A stretch of 21,648 nt of DNA from Candidatus Krumholzibacteriales bacterium (GTDB taxonomy: Bacteria; Krumholzibacteriota; Krumholzibacteriia; Krumholzibacteriales; WJIX01): the NCBI GenBank assembly GCA_046483305.1, contig JAWODM010000061.1, positions 1 to 21,648 of the forward strand, written 5' to 3'. How positions within the stretch are numbered: position 1 is the first letter of the stretch; each line of letters begins with the position of its first letter. The notes beneath the pieces are model-generated. The model was not told where the DNA came from, did not search any database, and saw only the letters and a program-made list of their open reading frames with translations. This document shows, piece by piece, positions 16,312-21,648 of the stretch. A program made the translations under genes and the position numbers.

Positions 16312-16521
16312 TCAAGCGTTTGAACCGGCTTCCTCATTCCTCTTCTCATTAATAATGGTCTTTACCCTGGCCAGCTCACGCCGGGTCTGCCTGACCTTGA
16401 TCGGGTTGTCCAGCCTTCTGATGGATAGCTGTATCCTGTACTGAGTCAGCTCTTCCTCCAGCTCTCTCTCCATCCCGGCAAGTTCATCCAGGGTCATCTC
16501 TCTGAGTTCTATTGCTTTCAT
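16312..16521 (-). CDS. rpmC: 50S ribosomal protein L29
   Basis: MKAIELRE...LDNP..VRQTRRELARVKT. The ATG at 16521 matches the family N-terminus; the track start at 16563 is over-extended. Confidence 0.95.
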   Translation of the reverse strand: MKAIELREMTLDELAGMERELEEELTQYRIQLSIRRLDNPIKVRQTRRELARVKTIINEKRNEEAGSNA

Positions 16522-16576
16522 AACAAACTTCCATCCTGCAGGGCCCGCAGCCCTGTTTATCATTATTCCGAACGGC

Positions 16577-17005
16577 TCAGGCCGAAACCTTCCCCGTAGC
16601 CATCCTCTTCATAAATCTAGTTTTCATGGGGAGCTTCGAAGATGCAAGCCTCATTGCCTCCCTGGCAACCTCTTCACTGACTCCCTCAAGCTCGAAAAGT
16701 ATGCGGCCGGGTTTGATTACCGCCACCCAGTATTCGGGCGAGCCCTTACCCTTACCCATCCTGGTCTCCGCGGGCTTCATGGTAACCGGTTTGTCCGGGA
16801 AAACCCTGATCCACAACTTTCCGCTTCTCTTAATGTAGCGCATTATTGCCACTCTGGCGGCTTCAATCTGTCGTCCGGTCATCCAGCAGGGCGACTCCGC
16901 CTGAAGGGCGTACTGGCCGAAGTTAATCCTGGTCCCCTTGGCGGCCAGGCCCCGCCTTCTGCCCCGGTGATGCTTGCGGTACTTTGATCCTTTCGGCTGT
17001 AACAT
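16577..17005 (-). CDS. rplP: 50S ribosomal protein L16
   Basis: MLQPK...QIEAAR...[22 protein letters not shown]...KLP. Confidence 0.99.
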   Translation of the reverse strand: MLQPKGSKYRKHHRGRRRGLAAKGTRINFGQYALQAESPCWMTGRQIEAARVAIMRYIKRSGKLWIRVFPDKPVTMKPAETRMGKGKGSPEYWVAVIKPGRILFELEGVSEEVAREAMRLASSKLPMKTRFMKRMATGKVSA

Positions 17006-17024
17006 AATACTTACCTTTCAACTC

Positions 17025-17705
17025 TTACTTTCTGCCCGAGTCTTCAAGCGCCTCGCGGCACAACTGTTCCTTGAAATCCTTCTGAAAGAGCTCTCCCTTA
17101 TATATCCAGACCTTCACTCCGATCTCTCCGTAGGTGGTATAAGCAGCCACCTTGGCGTAATCAATATCAGCCCTGAGGGTATGCAACGGAACTGATCCCT
17201 CCATGTAACTCTCGCTTCTGGACATTTCCGCGCCGCCCAGCCGGCCGGCCACATTTATCTTGATCCCCAATGCTCCCAGTCTCATAGCCGAATCGATTGC
17301 CTTCTTCATGGCGCGCCGGTAGGAAACCCTCATGGAGAGCTGGCCGGCAATATGTTCAGCCACCAGCCTGGCGTCCAGCTCAGGCCTCTTAACTTCCTTG
17401 ATATCCAGATTAATTTCCTTTTCTGTCAGGTGCGCGAGTTCTTCGCTCAGAAAATCAACTTCAGCTCCCTTCCGTCCTATAACCATCCCCGGCCTGGCAG
17501 TATATATGGTAATCCTTACCCGGTCGCTCTGCCTTTCGATTATTATTCTGGAGATGCCGGCCTTGGCAAGCCGCTTCCTGAGATAACGGCGGATAACAAT
17601 ATCCTCCTCCAGCCATTTGTCGAAATTCTTGGTGGTAAACCACCTTGAATCCCAGGTCCGGTTAATTCCAAGTCTGAATCCTAATGGATCTACCTTCTGA
17701 CCCAA
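17025..17705 (-). CDS. rpsC: 30S ribosomal protein S3
   Basis: [13 protein letters not shown]...[11 protein letters not shown]...[10 protein letters not shown]...[15 protein letters not shown] start after AAGGAGG. Confidence 0.99.
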   Translation of the reverse strand: MGQKVDPLGFRLGINRTWDSRWFTTKNFDKWLEEDIVIRRYLRKRLAKAGISRIIIERQSDRVRITIYTARPGMVIGRKGAEVDFLSEELAHLTEKEINLDIKEVKRPELDARLVAEHIAGQLSMRVSYRRAMKKAIDSAMRLGALGIKINVAGRLGGAEMSRSESYMEGSVPLHTLRADIDYAKVAAYTTYGEIGVKVWIYKGELFQKDFKEQLCREALEDSGRK

Positions 17706-17776
17706 TATCTCCTCCTTATTACTTTCCTGTTACTTCCGTCAGGAGCGCAGGCTGATACCACGCCGCTCCCAGGTAT

Positions 17777-18127
17777 TTATTCCTTTTCCGTTTCATGTTC
17801 TACCACTACAGTTACGTGGCTGCTTCTTTTCCTTATTCTGAACGCTCTTCCCTGGGCTCTGGGCCTTATCCTGTGCATGGTCCTTCCCTCGTCCACAAAT
17901 ATCTCCGCAATCTTCATCTCGGAAGGTTCTATGGGATGTTCCGATTTTTCAGCCAGATTATGCATGGCTGAAAGAATGGTTTTCCTGACCGGTTTGGCGG
18001 CCTTCTGCCTGGCCAGCGACAGGACCTCCAGGGCGTTTCCAACAGACTTGCCACGCACCAGATCAACGATGAGTCTCGCTTTTCTCGGCGACATTCTTAT
18101 TCCCCTCGCTACGGCACGTGCTTTCAT
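17777..18127 (-). CDS. rplV: 50S ribosomal protein L22
   Basis: RMSPRKARLIVDLVRG...VDEG...RPRAQGRA..IRKRSSHVTV. Confidence 0.98.
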   Translation of the reverse strand: MKARAVARGIRMSPRKARLIVDLVRGKSVGNALEVLSLARQKAAKPVRKTILSAMHNLAEKSEHPIEPSEMKIAEIFVDEGRTMHRIRPRAQGRAFRIRKRSSHVTVVVEHETEKE

Positions 18128-18160
18128 CTTAAATTACCTCCATCGGTGTCAAACACTCTC

Positions 18161-18433
18161 TTATTTCTGGTCTACCTTGATTCTGTGACCTCTGAATGTC
18201 CTTGTCGGAACGAATTCTCCCAGTTTGTGCCCGACCATATTCTCAGTTACGAAAACCGGGACAAATTTGCGTCCGTTATGAACTGCGAATGTATGCCCCA
18301 CGAATTCAGGAACTATGGTCGATCTCCTGGACCATGTCTTTACTACTTTCCTGTCTCCCAGCTGCTCAAGTTTATCTATCTTTCCCAGAAGCTTGGGATC
18401 GATATACGGTCCTTTCTTCAGTGACCTGCTCAT
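18161..18433 (-). CDS. rpsS: 30S ribosomal protein S19
   Basis: [10 protein letters not shown]...[10 protein letters not shown]...HNG...[12 protein letters not shown]. Confidence 0.99.
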   Translation of the reverse strand: MSRSLKKGPYIDPKLLGKIDKLEQLGDRKVVKTWSRRSTIVPEFVGHTFAVHNGRKFVPVFVTENMVGHKLGEFVPTRTFRGHRIKVDQK

Positions 18434-18477
18434 TTACCTCCTCCAGTGACAATCATTTGTCTCTTTTCCTCTCGGTT

Positions 18478-19317
18478 TTACTTTTTTCTCTTCTTTCTTC
18501 TGCGATCGTAGATAATATCCCTGTCGGAACTCTTCCTCTTTCTGGTTTTCAGACCCTTGGTATGTTTTCCCCACGGAGTACAGGGCTGGCGTCCGCCGTT
18601 GGTTCTTCCTTCTCCTCCGCCCAGCGGGTGATCGACCGGATTCATCGCAACACCGCGAACCTTGGGCCTTCGGCCCAGCCAGCGCGACCTTCCGGCCTTG
18701 CCTATCTTTACATTATTATGATCTATGTTACTGACCTGCCCGATGGTGGCGTAACACTCCCTGCGGACCCTGCGGATCTCGCCGCTGGGAAGCCTCAACA
18801 GAGCCTTGGTTCCCTCCTTGGCCATCAGCTGCGCGTAGGAACCGGCGCTCCTTGCCATTTTGCCTCCGCCGTCTATGGACATGGCGATATTATGAACAAA
18901 CAGTCCGGTCGGTATATTCTCCAGGGGAAGGGCGTTGCCGACATGGATCTCGGAATCCGGCCCGGAGACCAGTTCATCCCCGACCTTTACGCCGTTGGGA
19001 GCGAGGATATAGCGCTTCTCTCCGTCCAGATACACCAGCAGGGCAATAAATGCCGATCTGTTGGGATCATACTCAATCGATTTCACTATCGCGGGGATAC
19101 CATGCTTATCCCTCTTGAAATCGATCTTCCGGTATTTCCTCTTATGCCCGCCCCCCCGGCGGCGCATGGTAATCCTGCCTTTGTTGTTACGCCCGCCGCT
19201 GCTTTTCATCGGCTTCACCAGAGACTTCTCAGGCTTCTTCTTATCCAGCACCGAATAATCGGTGACCGTCTTGAATCTCTGAGTCGGGGTGGTCGGTTTG
19301 TATTTCTTAATAGCCAT
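18478..19317 (-). CDS. rplB: 50S ribosomal protein L2
   Basis: [25 protein letters not shown] and [17 protein letters not shown]. Confidence 0.99.
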   Translation of the reverse strand: MAIKKYKPTTPTQRFKTVTDYSVLDKKKPEKSLVKPMKSSGGRNNKGRITMRRRGGGHKRKYRKIDFKRDKHGIPAIVKSIEYDPNRSAFIALLVYLDGEKRYILAPNGVKVGDELVSGPDSEIHVGNALPLENIPTGLFVHNIAMSIDGGGKMARSAGSYAQLMAKEGTKALLRLPSGEIRRVRRECYATIGQVSNIDHNNVKIGKAGRSRWLGRRPKVRGVAMNPVDHPLGGGEGRTNGGRQPCTPWGKHTKGLKTRKRKSSDRDIIYDRRRKKRKK

Positions 19318-19389
19318 TTTCTATCCTCGTGTCTTTAAGCTTCTGTTCCTGCTACCTTTTCTCTGCCTCTATTTCACTCCGGCCAGGTA

Positions 19390-19692
19390 TTAAACCTGAT
19401 CAATAATATCTATGGAATCTCCCTTTGCCAGGGTTACAATAGCTTTCTTCCGGTCGGGAAGCTTGCCGCTGAATCGGCCCGCTCTCCTGAATCTGGTCTT
19501 AACCTTTCCCCGGACGTTGCAGGTGTTGATCTTTCTGACCTTCACATTGAAAAATTCCTCGATAGCATCCTTTATCTGATTCTTGTTCGCGCGGGGATGG
19601 ACATCGAAAACAAACTTGTTGCTCCGTTCTCTGAGCATGGTGCTCTTCTCGGTAATTACCGGTTTCAATATTATCTTTCTGAAATTAAGCAT
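19390..19692 (-). CDS. rplW: 50S ribosomal protein L23
   Basis: PVITEKS...F.V...ANKNQIK.AIE..F.VKV..INT...KKAIVTL. Confidence 0.98.
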   Translation of the reverse strand: MLNFRKIILKPVITEKSTMLRERSNKFVFDVHPRANKNQIKDAIEEFFNVKVRKINTCNVRGKVKTRFRRAGRFSGKLPDRKKAIVTLAKGDSIDIIDQV

Positions 19693-20321
19693 TATGCGAA
19701 CACCTCCTCCAGAGAAGCAACTGTCTCTTCGGTCAACATCAGTACCTCAGCGTCAAGAATGTCGTAAGCGTTGATGTTGCGGCCGAGAATATATTTTATC
19801 CGGGGTATATTCCTGACTGACTTATATACATTCTCATCGTGCTTATCTACCGCGAACAGTATCTTCCTGCCCTCCAGTTCGGCAGATTTGAGAAACTCCG
19901 CAAACACCCTGGTGCGGGGCTCATCCATGCCCAGGTTCCTTATCACCACCACGCCGCTTTCGTGACCCTTGTCGGACAGGGCGCTCTTCAGAGCTTTTCT
20001 CTTCATCTTGCGGGGAACATTTATCCGGTAATCTCTCGGACTGGGCCCGAAAGTTACTCCGCCCGAACGCCACAGCGGCGAAGACCTTGCGCCTGCCCTG
20101 GCCCTGCCGGTTCCTTTCTGCCTGTATGGTTTCTTCTTGCTGAAGTTGACGTCGGACCTGCCCTTCACGGAAGCGGTTCCGCTTCTCCTGTTGGCCAGGT
20201 GGGCGCGGACCACGTCGTAGAGAACATCCCTGTTGACTTCACATTCGAAAAGCTGTCCGGGCAAATCAACTTCGCCGACCGCTCCACCGCTCTTGAAATC
20301 GTATACTTTTGCATTAGCCAT
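19692..20321 (-). CDS. rplD: 50S ribosomal protein L4
   Basis: R.GTA..KGRSDV...KPYRQKGTGRAR.G...SPLWR.GGV.FGP.PRDY. Confidence 0.98.
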   Translation of the reverse strand: MANAKVYDFKSGGAVGEVDLPGQLFECEVNRDVLYDVVRAHLANRRSGTASVKGRSDVNFSKKKPYRQKGTGRARAGARSSPLWRSGGVTFGPSPRDYRINVPRKMKRKALKSALSDKGHESGVVVIRNLGMDEPRTRVFAEFLKSAELEGRKILFAVDKHDENVYKSVRNIPRIKYILGRNINAYDILDAEVLMLTEETVASLEEVFA

Positions 20322-20342
20322 GATTATTACCTTTAACCTTTA

Positions 20343-20960
20343 TCAACGCCTTGTAATCCAGAGAACGTTGTTCCTGGGGCCCGGCACAGCGCCCCTGACC
20401 AGCAACAGATCATTCTCCGGGTCTACTTCCACAACCTTGAGGTTCTTAACATGAATATTTTCTCCACCCATTCTACCCGGCATCTTCTTCCCTTTGACAA
20501 CCCTGCTGGGATCAGCCGACATGCCGATCGATCCGGGCTTTCTAAGTCCCCTTCCGCCGTGGGTTTTTCTTCCGCCGCCGAAGCTGTATCTCTTTACCAC
20601 ACCCTGAAAACCCTTACCCTTGCTCCTGCCGGAGATATCCACGGTATCGCCGTCCTTGAACATATCCACGCTCAGAAGCTGGCCCTCCTCGTACTTATCG
20701 GTATCCCCGGTCCTGATCTCCCTGAGGTGCCGGTAAGGAGGAAGCCCGGACTTCCTGAAATGGCCTATCTCCGGAAGGTTGGCCCTGGTGGGTTTCTTAA
20801 GCTCATAAGCGATCTGAACAGAATTGTACCCTTCCTTTTCGCTATCCTTTATCTGCACCACCGGGCACGGACCGGCCTTGATGACAGTAACGGCAATCAC
20901 GTCGCCCTTATCATCGAATATCTGGGTCATCCCGACTTTTTTTCCAAATAGCCCAATCAT
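20343..20960 (-). CDS. rplC: 50S ribosomal protein L3
   Basis: GKKVGMTQIF...VTVI...SKGKGFQGVVKR...PGSIG...KMPGRMG...GAVPG. Confidence 0.99.
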   Translation of the reverse strand: MIGLFGKKVGMTQIFDDKGDVIAVTVIKAGPCPVVQIKDSEKEGYNSVQIAYELKKPTRANLPEIGHFRKSGLPPYRHLREIRTGDTDKYEEGQLLSVDMFKDGDTVDISGRSKGKGFQGVVKRYSFGGGRKTHGGRGLRKPGSIGMSADPSRVVKGKKMPGRMGGENIHVKNLKVVEVDPENDLLLVRGAVPGPRNNVLWITRR

Positions 20961-20973
20961 CTCTTCCTCCGAA

Positions 20974-21282
20974 TCAGACTTTAATTTCTATATCTACCCC
21001 CGCGGGAAGATCTATCTTCTGAAGTTCGTCAACCGCCTTGGGGGTGACATCGGTAATCCATATCAGCCTCTTGTGTATCCTGGTCTCGAACTGTTCCCTC
21101 GATTTCTTGTTTACATGAGGGGACCTGAGCACAGTATATACACTTCTCTTTGTTGGAAGAGGAATAGGGCCGGTAACGCTTGCGCCGGTCCTTCTCGCAG
21201 TTCGTACAATCTCTTCCGCACTTCGATCCAGCATAGTGTGCTCATAAGCTTTCAGCCGTATTCTAATTTTCTGTCCTTCCAC
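20974..21282 (-). CDS. rpsJ: 30S ribosomal protein S10
   Basis: KIRIRLKAY...GPIPLPT...[20 protein letters not shown]...[13 protein letters not shown] start. Confidence 0.99.
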   Translation of the reverse strand: MEGQKIRIRLKAYEHTMLDRSAEEIVRTARRTGASVTGPIPLPTKRSVYTVLRSPHVNKKSREQFETRIHKRLIWITDVTPKAVDELQKIDLPAGVDIEIKV

Positions 21283-21306
21283 CGGACAACCTCCGAAATG
21301 ATTTGC

Positions 21307-21648
21307 TTACTCTATAATTTCAGTTACAACGCCGGCTCCGACAGTTCTTCCGCCCTCCCGGATCGCGAACCTGAGCTCATGCTCCATCGCTATCGGGGTG
21401 ATCAGCTCTATTTCCAGCTCCACGTCATCGCCCGGCATTACCATCTCTGTTCCTTCTGGCAGCGTAGCCACTCCGGTCACATCCGTGGTCCTGAAATAGA
21501 ACTGCGGCCTGTAACCATCAAAAAACGGAGTGTGCCTTCCGCCCTCTTCCTTCTTCAGTACGTATACCTTGCCCTTGAACTTGCGGTGAGGTGTCACCGA
21601 TCCCGGCTTCGCCACTACCATCCCCCTGAGAAGACTTTCCTTGTCCAC
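21307..21648 (-). CDS. tuf: Elongation factor Tu, C-terminal part (runs off the window)
   Basis: [25 protein letters not shown]...MVMPGD...[16 protein letters not shown]. Confidence 0.99.
   Translation of the reverse strand: MDKESLLRGMVVAKPGSVTPHRKFKGKVYVLKKEEGGRHTPFFDGYRPQFYFRTTDVTGVATLPEGTEMVMPGDDVELEIELITPIAMEHELRFAIREGGRTVGAGVVTEIIE

Noticed and set aside
16522..16563. Apparent N-terminal extension of L29 in the ORF track
   Set aside because: Artefact of choosing the most upstream start. The family N-terminus begins at ATG 16521.
18196..19338. 380-aa plus-strand ORF antisense to rplB/rpsS
   Set aside because: Shadow frame of highly conserved genes, with no recognisable domain or RBS. 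Long antisense ORFs are common opposite codon-biased genes.

Overview
Bacterial chromosomal window. About 16.5 kb (5089-21648, minus strand) is a complete ribosomal-protein superoperon in canonical order: tuf (3' part), rpsJ-rplCDWB-rpsS-rplV-rpsC-rplP-rpmC-rpsQ, rplNXE-rpsN-rpsH-rplFR-rpsE-rpmD-rplO-secY, adk-map-infA-rpmJ-rpsMKD-rpoA-rplQ, closed by an intrinsic terminator. Downstream on the same strand is a three-gene unit (AEC-family transporter, degenerate GlcD/GlcE-like FAD protein, GlcF-like Fe-S/CCG protein), then tRNA-Asn(GTT) with its own sigma70-like promoter. Beyond the tRNA 3' end, on the plus strand, are the right end of an IS256-family element and a promoter / fluoride riboswitch / crcB (Fluc) cassette. 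The most interesting signals are: a relay-type expression platform on the riboswitch (anti-antiterminator, antiterminator, terminator); the possible island edge at tRNA-Asn; the divergent GlcE/F-like pair with no intact catalytic GlcD; and charged low-complexity extensions on L17, L30 and L18. I see no clear evidence of a wholly new large system. All calls are by-eye motif recognition, with no database searches run.
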